A DNA stretch of 64,000 nt from an uncultured Gammaproteobacteria bacterium (GTDB lineage Bacteria > Patescibacteriota > Microgenomatia > Daviesbacterales > UBA10151), in assembly GCA_964625535.1 (NCBI GenBank), contig CAZVEX010000004.1, forward strand, positions 38,166 to 102,165, read 5' to 3'. Below, one piece after another: positions 25,921-35,241 of the stretch (positions are counted from its first letter, which is position 1; each line of letters opens with the position of its first letter). The notes beneath the pieces are model-generated. The model searched no databases. It saw only the letters and a program-made list of their open reading frames with translations, and was not told where the DNA came from. The position numbers and the translations under genes are program-made.

Positions 25921-27518
25921 TGAAAGTATCAATTTCCTGGTTAAAAGAGCTGGTTAATTTAAAGGTTTCACTGGATGAGTTAATCCATCTTTTACCTCTA
26001 AGATCCGTCAGTATAAAAGATCTAAACTCCGACTCAATCGAGCTGGATATGAAAGGCTACAATCGGGCAGATTTACTTTCCATGAGGGGAGTGGCAAGGG
26101 AAGTTGCCGCTATAACAGATTCAAAATTAAATTTTTCTGATGAGAAAACGAAATTTGCCAATCTATCAAATGTAGAGGTTGATGTACAAAATAAAAGCCG
26201 GTGTCCTGTTTACGCAATAGCAGCAATAGAAAACCTAAAAGTTGAACACTCAAATGAAATATGGGTAAAAAAATTATCCGATTGCGGAATACGCTCAATA
26301 AATAATGTGGCAGATGTAACCAATTTAGTGATGGTGGAATTCGGCCAGCCCATGCATGCTTTTGATGCAAATAAGGTAAGTGGTAGCATCAGAGTAAGAG
26401 TTGCCAAAAAAGGAGAAAAAATTATTACTTTAGACGAGAAAGAGAGAAATTTAAGTGAGGAGGATTTATTAATTGCAGATAAAAAAGGTCCAATTGGCAT
26501 TGCCGGAGTAATGGGAGGAAAAGATAGTGAGGTCTCCAATTCAACAACCTCAATTTTGCTGGAAGCAGCTATTTTTGATCCTGTATCCATTAGAAAAACA
26601 GCCCAAAGACATGGGCTTCCTTCAGAAGCTGCTAAAAGATTCCAGCATGGGTTAACCAAAACTAATCTTTTGCAAGCTCTATCAGCTGCCATTAAAATGT
26701 ATGAAGATTTGGGAGGCAAGTTAACAGCTATTACACTCACCGGTAATTTAGAAGATGAAACTAAAACTATTACCTTAACTCAAGAAAAAATTAATTCTTT
26801 AATTGGAGTTGATATTCCACCAAGGCAAGTCAAAGATTCTCTTCAAAAACTTGGCTTCATTTTGCAAGGAGGTGAAGTAATTACACCTTACTGGAGACTT
26901 GATATAGATAATGAGGAAGATTTAATTGAGGAAGTGGCCAGGATGTATGGATATGAGAACATTCCCCCTCAAGAACTTCGGGGTGAACGGCCAAAGCAAA
27001 TTGACCAGAGTTTACCTGATTTTATCTACAACCTCAAAAAAACCTTGGCTAACCTGAGTTTAACAGAAGTCCAAACTTATTCTTTTTATTCAACACAAGT
27101 CATCGAAAACTTGAAACTTGAAACTAAAAACCTAATAAAAATTTCCAACCCAATCTCATCGGAAACAGAATTTATGAGAGATAATCTCTGGCCTAATCTT
27201 TTGGAAATTACTGCCAAAAATATCAAAAACGGTTTTAAAGATATAGCTATTTTTGAGATAGGAAAAGCATACCAACCTCCCCAAAAAGAAACTTATCATC
27301 TGGCCATAGCGCTGGTTAATGGCACAGATAATCCTATCCAGGAACTCAATCAAATCTTCCAACACCTCGGAGGTGTCAGGTTCGAAAATGTACTGCAAAA
27401 CAGAGAACATTTTCACCCGACGAGATATGTTGATGTTATGGCCGAAGTTCACCCACGGATAGTTAATAAGTTTGGGATTGACAATAGGGTAGCTGTTTTG
27501 GAAATAGAATTAGTTTAA
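25920..27518 (+). CDS. pheT: Phenylalanyl-tRNA synthetase beta subunit, short form
   Basis: B3/B4, B5 (ADKKGPIGIAGVMGG) and FDX-ACB-like C-terminal domains are present. It lacks the N-terminal tRNA-binding domain: 532 aa compared with about 800. Confidence 0.85.
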   Translation: MKVSISWLKELVNLKVSLDELIHLLPLRSVSIKDLNSDSIELDMKGYNRADLLSMRGVAREVAAITDSKLNFSDEKTKFANLSNVEVDVQNKSRCPVYAIAAIENLKVEHSNEIWVKKLSDCGIRSINNVADVTNLVMVEFGQPMHAFDANKVSGSIRVRVAKKGEKIITLDEKERNLSEEDLLIADKKGPIGIAGVMGGKDSEVSNSTTSILLEAAIFDPVSIRKTAQRHGLPSEAAKRFQHGLTKTNLLQALSAAIKMYEDLGGKLTAITLTGNLEDETKTITLTQEKINSLIGVDIPPRQVKDSLQKLGFILQGGEVITPYWRLDIDNEEDLIEEVARMYGYENIPPQELRGERPKQIDQSLPDFIYNLKKTLANLSLTEVQTYSFYSTQVIENLKLETKNLIKISNPISSETEFMRDNLWPNLLEITAKNIKNGFKDIAIFEIGKAYQPPQKETYHLAIALVNGTDNPIQELNQIFQHLGGVRFENVLQNREHFHPTRYVDVMAEVHPRIVNKFGIDNRVAVLEIELV

Positions 27519-28112
27519 TTCTGTAATTTCTAACTTTAATTTATCATCTTTATATTCAAATTTAAAAGTCACGGCTTTCTCTTTATTATTAGTAATATAC
27601 AAATTCTGCTTGGAGTTTGCGCCTTTGGAATAAGGATTTGAATAAATTGAAACCCCATACTCCCGGGCAATTTCCGGAATGGGCATAAAATCATGGTTCA
27701 CCGGAGCATATGAGTCCAGTCCTGCATCTTTGGCTACCCAATAAATTAAAGAGGCCAGATGGCATACTCCGTCCCCAAATAAATAGCCGTCTGTCTTAAA
27801 ACCCTCCTGCCCGTTAAAATGGGCATTGGTAGTTTTGACTACTTTATCTTTATATTTAGGCAATACATCATCATGAAAGGCAAAAGTTTCATCCGGCTTC
27901 AATATAAATCCTGATTCACCCATCAGATCCAAAGTATGTAAAATATTGTATTTAAATACCTCATTAACTGATTTGACCGGATATCTGTTTTCCAGGGAAA
28001 TCTCATGGGATGAAAGCATCACTACCTGGGCCCTGGGTACAAAGGATTGGCTGGTTAAAGAAATGATTAAAGCTGTAGAAATTTTAACTGCAATGTCAGG
28101 CATCATAAGCAA
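27510..28112 (-). CDS. VanW-like domain protein
   Basis: GDGVCHLASLIYWVAKDAGL resembles the VanW core (GGGVCQVSTTLYNA…AGL). Adjacent to the class A PBP. Confidence 0.45.
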   Translation of the reverse strand: MLMMPDIAVKISTALIISLTSQSFVPRAQVVMLSSHEISLENRYPVKSVNEVFKYNILHTLDLMGESGFILKPDETFAFHDDVLPKYKDKVVKTTNAHFNGQEGFKTDGYLFGDGVCHLASLIYWVAKDAGLDSYAPVNHDFMPIPEIAREYGVSIYSNPYSKGANSKQNLYITNNKEKAVTFKFEYKDDKLKLEITELN

Positions 28113-28148
28113 AAATTATAACATACTATGAGATATTTTGCAAGTGGT

Positions 28149-30701
28149 TTACAGTGCTACGGTGACGCCGATGGAAGTGGAATGGGTGGCGTTGTTTTGA
28201 TCCTCCAGGGTGGCGGTAATGGTGTGCGAGCCTTTATCACCCTCGGGAAACTCCACATGCAGGGCAAAGGGGCCGGAAGTTAAAGTTGATTTTTCCCCTC
28301 CGTCAATTAACCAGGTCACTTTTTTCACTCCCGCAGGGGAGTTGACCGAAGCCAGCACATCAAACACCCTGGGTACATTAGCCCCGTTTGACACATTGAC
28401 TATCTCGATTACTCCGCCTCCGCTGGAAAATCCGGGTACTCCGGAACAACCTTTACTGGCTCCCACAAACCTGGGATCGGGCGCAGTCAAAACCCACTCG
28501 TCAATGCCTTTTTGCCAGAGATTGGCGCCTGTGGGATCATTTTCCTGCAACACCACCACATCTTTTTCATCCGACTCTTCTCCGTCATTGGCTAATCTGT
28601 GTGGATTAGTTCGACAAACCTTGCCGCGCTGATAGCCGGAAGATTCACCCTTGGGCTCCGTCCCTCTGATAAAATACTCTTTTCTGGTGGGAGAGCCGCC
28701 ATGAGGGGTACCTGTCAGCAACCCGTCCACATCCATTTGCACCACATTTCCGGGCCGCTCAAAAGCTTCATTGGGTTTATCTTTTAAAACTTCCCTCATG
28801 ATTCGGTTCCAGATGGGGGAAGCTCCGGTCACGCCCGAGGCAATTTTGGGATCAAGAGGGGTGTTGTCATTGTTTCCCACCCACACGCCGGCCACATAGG
28901 AAGGGGTGTACCCTACTGTCCAATTATCTCTTTTTTCATCGGTGGTACCGGTTTTAACAGCCACTGTTTTGCCAGCTACATTCAAGATGGAATTTGCTCC
29001 AAATACGGCGGTTCTGGCGCCGTTATCGGATAAAATATCGGAAACAATAAAGCTTATCCCTTCGTCCAACACTTTTCGCCCCTCCGAGGGCTTATATTCA
29101 AAAAGAGTTTTTCCACTTGAGTCTGTCACTTTTAGAATAGATATCGGATCGTGCTGGCGGCCCTTGTCGGCCAAAGTACCAAAAGCCACAGCCAAATCCA
29201 GCAGCCTCACTTCCCTTCCACCCAGAGTCAGGGAAAGTCCCACAGAGGCAACATTTTCTTCAGACGGTTCCCAGGATAAAAGCCCCATCCGGTAACCCAA
29301 CTCCATCACATCTTTAACTCCGTTTAAAGCCAGCATTTTGACTGCCGGCACGTTTAAGGAGTTGCCCAGGGTGTAGCGTACCTGCATGGGGCCGCGGTAT
29401 TGGCCGTCGTAATTTACCGGCACGTACTTTGGTTTGTTCCCTCCAGGAAATTCGGTTTTGACATCCAATATGGTAAAGTTGGCCGTGTAGCCTTTTTCCA
29501 AACCTTTGGCATAATTAACCGGTTTGGTGGCCGAACCGGGCTGGCGCAAAGACAGGGCGGCATTAACATTGGGCTCAAAAGTGCAACTTTTTCCCTCAAG
29601 GCAACCTTCCGGCTCGGACTTGCCAAAATAATCCTTTGAACCTACCAGAGCCAAAATTTGCCCAGTTTTAGCATCCAAAACAACAGATGAAGCATTGCCC
29701 ACCTTGCTGCTTTTGAGTTTTTCCACCTCTTCTTTGACTATTTTCTGGGCCTCTGCCTGCAAGCTATAATCCAAAGCAGTAGTCACCTTCAAGCCCCCCT
29801 GTTCTACCAGCACATCTCCAAATTGTTCGATCAGTTTTTCCTTGACATAAAGCACAAAGTGAGGGGCTTTAAAACCTACTTCGTTTTGGGCGGTTCTGTA
29901 AGTTAAAAGCGCTTCCTTTGCCTGATCTGCCTGCTCCTCGGAAATATAGCCGTCCTCTACCATCCGTCTAAGAACCGCTTCCTGACGGACTTTGGCCAGT
30001 TCCGGTTTTGAGCCGTAAGGGGAATAAACTGAAGGGCGTTGAGGTAGTCCTGCCAAAAGGGAAGCTTCTGCCAGATTCAAATCTTTGGCCGATTTTCCAA
30101 AATACAAATTGGCAGCCGCCTCAATTCCATAAGCCGTACCTCCATAAGGAATCTCGTTTAAATACATCTCCAAAATTTGATCTTTGGAGTATACTCTTTC
30201 CACCTGGATGGCCAGAATAAATTCCTTGAACTTGCGGGTGATGGTCCGCTCGCCCGATAACAGGGCATTTTTGATCAGCTGTTGAGTCAGGGTGGAGCCT
30301 CCTTCTACCCGGCGGTGAAATATCAAATCAAATATTGACCTGGTAATGCCGGCCATGGAAAAACCCGAATGCTGGTAAAAATCTTTATCCTCAATGGCAA
30401 TGGTGGCTTGTTTGACATGCTCGGGAATATCTTCCAGTTTGATGGGGGTACGGTTTTGGTTTTGGTAAATGTCATAAAGAAGCTCACCGTTGCGGTCATA
30501 AATTTTGGTGGCCTGGGCCACTTCGCGGTTAGTCAAATCTTGCGGGGAGGGTATTTGGGTGGCAAAAAAAATCACCGTGGAAAAAAGCAAAAGCAAAAAT
30601 CCGATTACCAAAAGCAGCATCCAGTTGGATAAATTGGATAAAAGTTTAATGCGGCCAATTTTGAAGCCTTCTTTCCTTAGTTTCCACGACCCCAATGCCA
30701 T
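28149..30701 (-). CDS. Class A penicillin-binding protein (GT51 transglycosylase plus transpeptidase) with a C-terminal Ig-like extension
   Basis: N-terminal TM. GT51 motifs (EDKDFYQHSGF, GGSTLTQQLIKN, RKFKEFILA). Transpeptidase GSATKP (SxxK) and KTGTT. 850 aa. Confidence 0.85.
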   Translation of the reverse strand: MALGSWKLRKEGFKIGRIKLLSNLSNWMLLLVIGFLLLLFSTVIFFATQIPSPQDLTNREVAQATKIYDRNGELLYDIYQNQNRTPIKLEDIPEHVKQATIAIEDKDFYQHSGFSMAGITRSIFDLIFHRRVEGGSTLTQQLIKNALLSGERTITRKFKEFILAIQVERVYSKDQILEMYLNEIPYGGTAYGIEAAANLYFGKSAKDLNLAEASLLAGLPQRPSVYSPYGSKPELAKVRQEAVLRRMVEDGYISEEQADQAKEALLTYRTAQNEVGFKAPHFVLYVKEKLIEQFGDVLVEQGGLKVTTALDYSLQAEAQKIVKEEVEKLKSSKVGNASSVVLDAKTGQILALVGSKDYFGKSEPEGCLEGKSCTFEPNVNAALSLRQPGSATKPVNYAKGLEKGYTANFTILDVKTEFPGGNKPKYVPVNYDGQYRGPMQVRYTLGNSLNVPAVKMLALNGVKDVMELGYRMGLLSWEPSEENVASVGLSLTLGGREVRLLDLAVAFGTLADKGRQHDPISILKVTDSSGKTLFEYKPSEGRKVLDEGISFIVSDILSDNGARTAVFGANSILNVAGKTVAVKTGTTDEKRDNWTVGYTPSYVAGVWVGNNDNTPLDPKIASGVTGASPIWNRIMREVLKDKPNEAFERPGNVVQMDVDGLLTGTPHGGSPTRKEYFIRGTEPKGESSGYQRGKVCRTNPHRLANDGEESDEKDVVVLQENDPTGANLWQKGIDEWVLTAPDPRFVGASKGCSGVPGFSSGGGVIEIVNVSNGANVPRVFDVLASVNSPAGVKKVTWLIDGGEKSTLTSGPFALHVEFPEGDKGSHTITATLEDQNNATHSTSIGVTVAL

Positions 30702-30794
30702 ATAGAGAAATTATAGCAGAAAACTTAACTTAAATTTCCAACTTTCCAACTCAACACATCGGAAGTGTTCAGTAATACAAGCATATTTGATTTT

Positions 30795-30820
30795 TAATAT
30801 ATTATATCCTATAATATATT
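30795..30820. promoter_or_regulatory. AT-rich inverted repeat (11-bp arms) overlapping a TATAAT -10 element, immediately upstream of the metalloprotease-like gene
   Basis: AATATATTATA-tcc-TATAATATATT forms a perfect palindrome that ends 2 bp before the ATG at 30822. Confidence 0.3.
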
Positions 30821-30821
30821 T

Positions 30822-31790
30822 ATGGTAGATTTTGAACAAACAATAAGTAGGCGTGCTTTTTTGCGCTATACGGGAGTTACTAGCTTAGTTTTTGGAAGCC
30901 TATTTTCACCCGCATGTCGTAGCCTGATACCAATGGTTCAAGGGGAAACCCCCAACCACGAATTAGATAAAAATCTTGAGGACGAATTTAAAATTAGACT
31001 CATGACCCTAAGGGATTATTACAGGGAGTTAGGTTTAGAATACCCTGAACACCAATCATATTTAAGGACAGTTCCTCAAGAATGGGACGAAAGAAGATTG
31101 CAACTTTTAAAAGAAGGGCTTTTGGTTTTGCCTAAACACTTTTATCAAGATGAAAATGCCAACGACAGGATGGGTTTTATTTTATCATTCTCTAATGCAG
31201 CCGGAAGAGTAATTGATCAACCGGCCCTGATGGCTCGACACATAGAGGTAGCCCATGAAGAATTTAATGATCCGTCAATTAAGGAGCCTGTTGATATATT
31301 AGCTCATGAACTTATCCACCTACAGGTCCCGCTTACCCTAGAGCCATCCGGAATAATAGTTAATGATTTTATCACCGGTAAACCGTTTGAAGTTTTTACA
31401 AAGAGATCCCCTTGGTTTGAAGAAGTTGAGGATATTTTAGGTGGACCATTTTCCCAAATTTATGCTAAACCACTGGCTAAAATACAGGCTCTTCAAAGAA
31501 CAATTCCAAGTATGCCTAATCTCGAATATAGAGATCGAGCCTACTTTTATAATAGTCTGGCTTATGGTTTTGAAGCAGCTGTTGATCCATTCGAGCTTAT
31601 CTCTGTAATGGGAGTCCACTTTTTACATGGGAGGACTTATTTCCAAACAAGATATAGTGAAGTTCTTTCTGAGACGATGGCTGAAAAGCTGTATGATTTT
31701 ATTAAAAACAGGGTTTACAGAAACCAACAAGAGTACGAGAGGTTTCCGCTTCCAAGTTACCTTCATCCACGTTATCCACTAGTACCTTAA
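30822..31790 (+). CDS. Putative exported zinc-metalloprotease-like protein (HExxH)
   Basis: Tat/Sec-like N-terminus (SRRAFLRYTGVTSLVFGS). HELIH motif at residues about 160-164. No wider family motif recognised. Confidence 0.45.
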   Translation: MVDFEQTISRRAFLRYTGVTSLVFGSLFSPACRSLIPMVQGETPNHELDKNLEDEFKIRLMTLRDYYRELGLEYPEHQSYLRTVPQEWDERRLQLLKEGLLVLPKHFYQDENANDRMGFILSFSNAAGRVIDQPALMARHIEVAHEEFNDPSIKEPVDILAHELIHLQVPLTLEPSGIIVNDFITGKPFEVFTKRSPWFEEVEDILGGPFSQIYAKPLAKIQALQRTIPSMPNLEYRDRAYFYNSLAYGFEAAVDPFELISVMGVHFLHGRTYFQTRYSEVLSETMAEKLYDFIKNRVYRNQQEYERFPLPSYLHPRYPLVP

Positions 31791-31846
31791 GAAGTAAAAA
31801 CTTTAATTACTGCAAATACAATTCTACTTAGGTATAATTAGGTTAT

Positions 31847-31929
31847 CCGGAGGTGGCAGAGTAGTCAATTGCACCAGACTGTAAATCTGGCGGGTTTTCC
31901 CTACGGAGGTGCGAATCCTCCCCTCCGGA
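31847..31929 (+). tRNA. tRNA-Tyr (anticodon GTA), type II
   Basis: CCGGAGGTGGCAGAGTAGTCAATTGCACCAGACTGTAAATCTGGCGGGTTTTCCCTACGGAGGTGCGAATCCTCCCCTCCGGA. Anticodon loop CTGTAAA. Long variable arm. TATAAT at 31833-31838 lies upstream. Confidence 0.8.
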
Positions 31930-32016
31930 CATTAGTTTGGACTGTTAGGACAGTATAAACGATTTAATCAAATATAGGAATTATTATCACTAGGAACTAG
32001 GTGATATAATTACTCT

Positions 32017-32313
32017 ATGGGAATATTTCGTAGGAGAGAATCCGAAGTTGGTGCTGAGATTAAAGAGGAACCTAAACCTTTCAATCTTGAATGGGTTATT
32101 CAAGGAAGTAGTCATATAGCTCAGCTTTCTGTTAATAGAGAACACCCTCTTATTAAGAAGAGTGATAATGTTTTTAAAGATATGCTGACTCCTGGTTTAC
32201 AAGAGATTGAAGATCAGGGATATACAATATTATCTATAGCACCTACTTTTATAGATCCGGGTAACGGTGAAGCATTAGATTACGTAATTGTTGCACAACC
32301 ATCTCCTAAATAA
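32017..32313 (+). CDS. Hypothetical small protein
   Basis: A 98-aa ORF with no motif. It is the first gene after tRNA-Tyr. Confidence 0.35.
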   Translation: MGIFRRRESEVGAEIKEEPKPFNLEWVIQGSSHIAQLSVNREHPLIKKSDNVFKDMLTPGLQEIEDQGYTILSIAPTFIDPGNGEALDYVIVAQPSPK

Positions 32314-32496
32314 ATCCAAGTATATTCCATTTTATGCTCTCAATTAACTTTCGTATTGTTCCAGCTTGACGGTGGAAAAAGAGTTTTACAAAGACAACTG
32401 ACTATATATACTTAATTCTTCAAATGATAAATTAGGTATTAAGGTCCGACTAACGTTTACCAGGTGGACAATTTAATTTTAGACTACCACAACAGT

Positions 32497-33123
32497 CTAA
32501 CCAGAATAGGATACAGGAATAACTCGTTCTAAAATATCAACAATCTCTTGATTAAAAATCCTATCTCTACCTTTTGGCAAAACAAAATCTTCTAATAAAG
32601 CTGCACCATGAATTCCAATAGTCGCATCTGTTTCTAAAGTGGATGCCTCAATTTCATCCGCATAATCGTAAAGCCCTGGGATCCGGGGAATTACTGCCAC
32701 CCTCATCGGGCCAACTAAAAAAGTTCCTTCACTAACGTAACTAAGAGTCCAATAATAATCACCTCGTTGACACATCATTTGCAGAAGATTAACAGGTTCA
32801 GGAGATATCGAGTCTAATTTTTTAGGACTATCCGCAACGGGTAACCCCGCTTTTTTTAAGGCATTCATTAACGCTTGAGTTGCCTTAGGATTTGTAAACT
32901 CAAAGCTATCGGTAGCATAGTGATAAGGTACAAAAGCAATACCGACTTTTTCTCCAGTTTGCCTCATTTTAGCTAATTCTTCTAATCTTGGTAACATCAT
33001 ATTCCTAGCAGCCAAACCCAAATAATAAATACTTGGTACCACAGGAACTACCACCTCTTGTCCCTTATAAGAGAATCTCATTTTTTCAACTCCGTTAGGA
33101 AGTCCAAAATCTCGATCTAGCAT
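32497..33123 (-). CDS. Hypothetical protein
   Basis: A 208-aa ORF with ordinary composition and no motif recognised. Confidence 0.4.
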   Translation of the reverse strand: MLDRDFGLPNGVEKMRFSYKGQEVVVPVVPSIYYLGLAARNMMLPRLEELAKMRQTGEKVGIAFVPYHYATDSFEFTNPKATQALMNALKKAGLPVADSPKKLDSISPEPVNLLQMMCQRGDYYWTLSYVSEGTFLVGPMRVAVIPRIPGLYDYADEIEASTLETDATIGIHGAALLEDFVLPKGRDRIFNQEIVDILERVIPVSYSG

Positions 33124-33187
33124 AGGAGCATTTTATATTTAAAGAATACTAATGTCAAACCACTATAAGTCCTAAACCAGAGGACTC

Positions 33188-34963
33188 TTATTTTCCCTGC
33201 AGGAAATTCAGAAGAAGTTGGAGAAGACCTCTGGCAGTGGATACTCCATAAGTCATGCCGCTGGGAGGAGTGTAGCTCCTACCGCCACCGCCTCCCGAAT
33301 CCCCTGATGGTTGGGATGGTTGAGATGGCTCTGATGGTTGGGATGGTTGAGATGGTTGGGATGGTTGTTGCGGTTCGGATGGTTGGGAAGGAGGCGTGTA
33401 TGATTCTGTTGAGGGAGGAGTGTAAGTACCGGTGCTCGGTGGAGTGTAGTCCGCCGGCGGGGTGTAAGTGCTGCTGCCACCTGATCCGGAGTAGCCAGAT
33501 GGCGGGGTATAGCCGGGTGGCGGTGAATAGCCGGATTGGGGAGTAGTATAAGTAGTTGTGCCCCCACCCGGGCTGCTGCACTGACAACTGGATCCTGTCC
33601 AGGAACAACCCGGTGTCCTACCACAATCCGCTGCCGGATCGCCGCTGTATCCCCCAGAAGATCCACCGCTTCCCGGCGGCCCTCCATAGGGAGGAGCAGA
33701 ACCTTCCGGACTTGGCATATAGACTGGAGGTGTGTAGGCTCTCACCATAGCGCTGGTACACTCACAACTAGAACCGGTCCAAGAACAGCCGTACCTGCCG
33801 CATTCCGCAGCCGGATCAGGAGCTCTGTCTCCATAATAATATCCTCCGTACTGTCCGTAAGTCTGTTGGGAAGCCTGGTCTGCGGGCGGTCGGCATTTAT
33901 CCGGATTGCTTCTGCAAAAATCTTCAAACTCGCTGCGCTGTTCGGAGTTTCCAAACATACTTGGCTGGCCGGGTTGGCATTTATCCGGATTGCTGGCGCA
34001 GAATCCGGAATATTCCTGCGCTTTTTGGGCCGTTTCCCTTGTTTCACCATAATATCCGCACTGACAAGAACTTCCCGCCCAGGAACAATTGGGAGTCCTG
34101 TTGCACATATCCGTAGGATCATACCTTTGAGGAATCACGCCACCCTCACCCAACTCACCTCGGTATCCGCAATCAGCCGGATTTTGCTGACAATAAGAAA
34201 AACATGAAGCCGGATCGCTGCATCCTCCCGGACCCGTAAAAGTGCCGCCTGAAACTTCTTGGAAGCCAGAACATATCTGGAAATTGTTGGGGTCGGAACA
34301 AAAAGATCTGCATGTTCCCTCGCTCGCACACCCCCCAGGCCCCACCTGTCGCTCTCCTCCCCGCAAACCCACCTCTTCGGCAAAAGATTTACACTTACTA
34401 ATGTTTTCCTGCTGCAGGCAAAAGCTTTGGCAGGAACTGGCAGAATCGCAGCCTAAAACTTCCCTGGCTTTATCAATAATTTGACTGCTTCCCGGATCAT
34501 CAATCACTCCTCCCACTATTCCCTGGGATCTGGCAAAGGAATTACAGGTGTCGAAATTGGCCGGCACCTCGCAAAAGTTTAAACAGGCTTCATACGAGTC
34601 GCACCCCAACCGCTTTTTGGCCTCATCCAGAATTTTATCTTTTTCCGTTATGACCGGGTCATCCTGATAAAAACCTTTTTGTTTACCGTAGCTGATGCAG
34701 GATTCGCTGTTGACCGGATCCTCGCAAAAGTTGCGGCAGTCATTGTAATTTTGGCAGTTGCCCAGATCGGCAATCGGAAAATTCACCCCGTAAATTTTGG
34801 CCCGAACTTCCGGATCGACATATTGACCCGTACCTTCTTCAAAATCATCAATGCCATTATTATTATCATCAACAAAAGGGTGGGAGGGAGAAACTAAAAT
34901 ATTGGTTTGACCCAGAAGAGCCAGAAAAAAAACTATCACAAAACCGGCAATGCGTAATTTCAT
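33188..34963 (-). CDS. Secreted cysteine-rich repeat protein with a C-terminal Pro/Ser/Thr/Tyr/Gly-rich low-complexity tail
   Basis: Signal peptide MKLRIAGFVIVFFLALLG. Five modules of about 30 aa each with four Cys (for example GCDSYEACLNFCEVPANFDTCNSF). Three modules of the form C-x4-CSW-x-GSSC-x-C. The tail is YTPP/PSQPSQ-rich (…PSQPSEPQQPSQPSQPSQPSEPSQPSQPS…). Confidence 0.7.
   Translation of the reverse strand: MKLRIAGFVIVFFLALLGQTNILVSPSHPFVDDNNNGIDDFEEGTGQYVDPEVRAKIYGVNFPIADLGNCQNYNDCRNFCEDPVNSESCISYGKQKGFYQDDPVITEKDKILDEAKKRLGCDSYEACLNFCEVPANFDTCNSFARSQGIVGGVIDDPGSSQIIDKAREVLGCDSASSCQSFCLQQENISKCKSFAEEVGLRGGERQVGPGGCASEGTCRSFCSDPNNFQICSGFQEVSGGTFTGPGGCSDPASCFSYCQQNPADCGYRGELGEGGVIPQRYDPTDMCNRTPNCSWAGSSCQCGYYGETRETAQKAQEYSGFCASNPDKCQPGQPSMFGNSEQRSEFEDFCRSNPDKCRPPADQASQQTYGQYGGYYYGDRAPDPAAECGRYGCSWTGSSCECTSAMVRAYTPPVYMPSPEGSAPPYGGPPGSGGSSGGYSGDPAADCGRTPGCSWTGSSCQCSSPGGGTTTYTTPQSGYSPPPGYTPPSGYSGSGGSSTYTPPADYTPPSTGTYTPPSTESYTPPSQPSEPQQPSQPSQPSQPSEPSQPSQPSGDSGGGGGRSYTPPSGMTYGVSTARGLLQLLLNFLQGK
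33305..33368. repeat. Tandem DNA repeat (units of about 12 and 27 bp) encoding the PSQPS(E/Q)PS tail of the Cys-rich protein
   Basis: tgatggttgggatggttgagatggctc / tgatggttgggatggttgagatgg / ttgggatggttg are near-perfect tandem copies. Confidence 0.6.
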
Positions 34964-35208
34964 TTTGTTTGCTTTAATGCGTCAAAGGGATTTTTGTAAG
35001 AGGCAAAAGGATTAACATACTGGGCATTCTTATCAAACGGGTTTTGATACTGGGTTTGCAGAGAAACTGTTGGTTCTTTCCGAACACCTGGCAGGGATTT
35101 TAGAGGATTTTTAATGATTTTTTGAGAGATAAGGATAAATAAAACTGCCGCTACTATAAGTAGTAGCAGCAGGGGAGCGACTAGGGCAATTACTCCTTTT
35201 TGATTCAT
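34960..35208 (-). CDS. Small single-pass membrane protein with three NPF-containing repeats
   Basis: TM segment VIALVAPLLLLLIVAAVLFILI. Repeats YQNPFDKNAQ / YVNPFASYK / NPFDALK. Its ATG overlaps the stop of the Cys-rich gene (ATGA). Confidence 0.5.
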   Translation of the reverse strand: MNQKGVIALVAPLLLLLIVAAVLFILISQKIIKNPLKSLPGVRKEPTVSLQTQYQNPFDKNAQYVNPFASYKNPFDALKQTK

Positions 35209-35241
35209 TAACTTATTATGGACATAAGAAGTAAAACTTTG

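Noticed and set aside
28210-30705. Multiple plus-strand ORFs (28210-28632, 28906-29295, 29400-29639, 30008-30220, 30369-30632, 30505-30705)
   Set aside because: All are antisense to the 850-aa class A PBP gene and have no motifs.
31930-33187. Possible integrated element downstream of tRNA-Tyr (two hypothetical genes)
   Set aside because: I found no direct repeat of the tRNA-Tyr 3' end and no integrase. The genes are simply unannotated, so the island hypothesis is kept only as context for the glycoprotein locus finding.
33253-34484. Cluster of overlapping ORFs on both strands (33253-33687, 33279-33608, 33307-33546, 33536-34207, 33556-33750, 33742-34122, 34135-34383, 34242-34484 and others)
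   Set aside because: All of them lie inside the long minus-strand Cys-rich gene. The GC-rich, repeat-rich codon usage there leaves the alternative frames open. The translated products are Arg/Pro/His-rich low-complexity sequences with no signal of selection.
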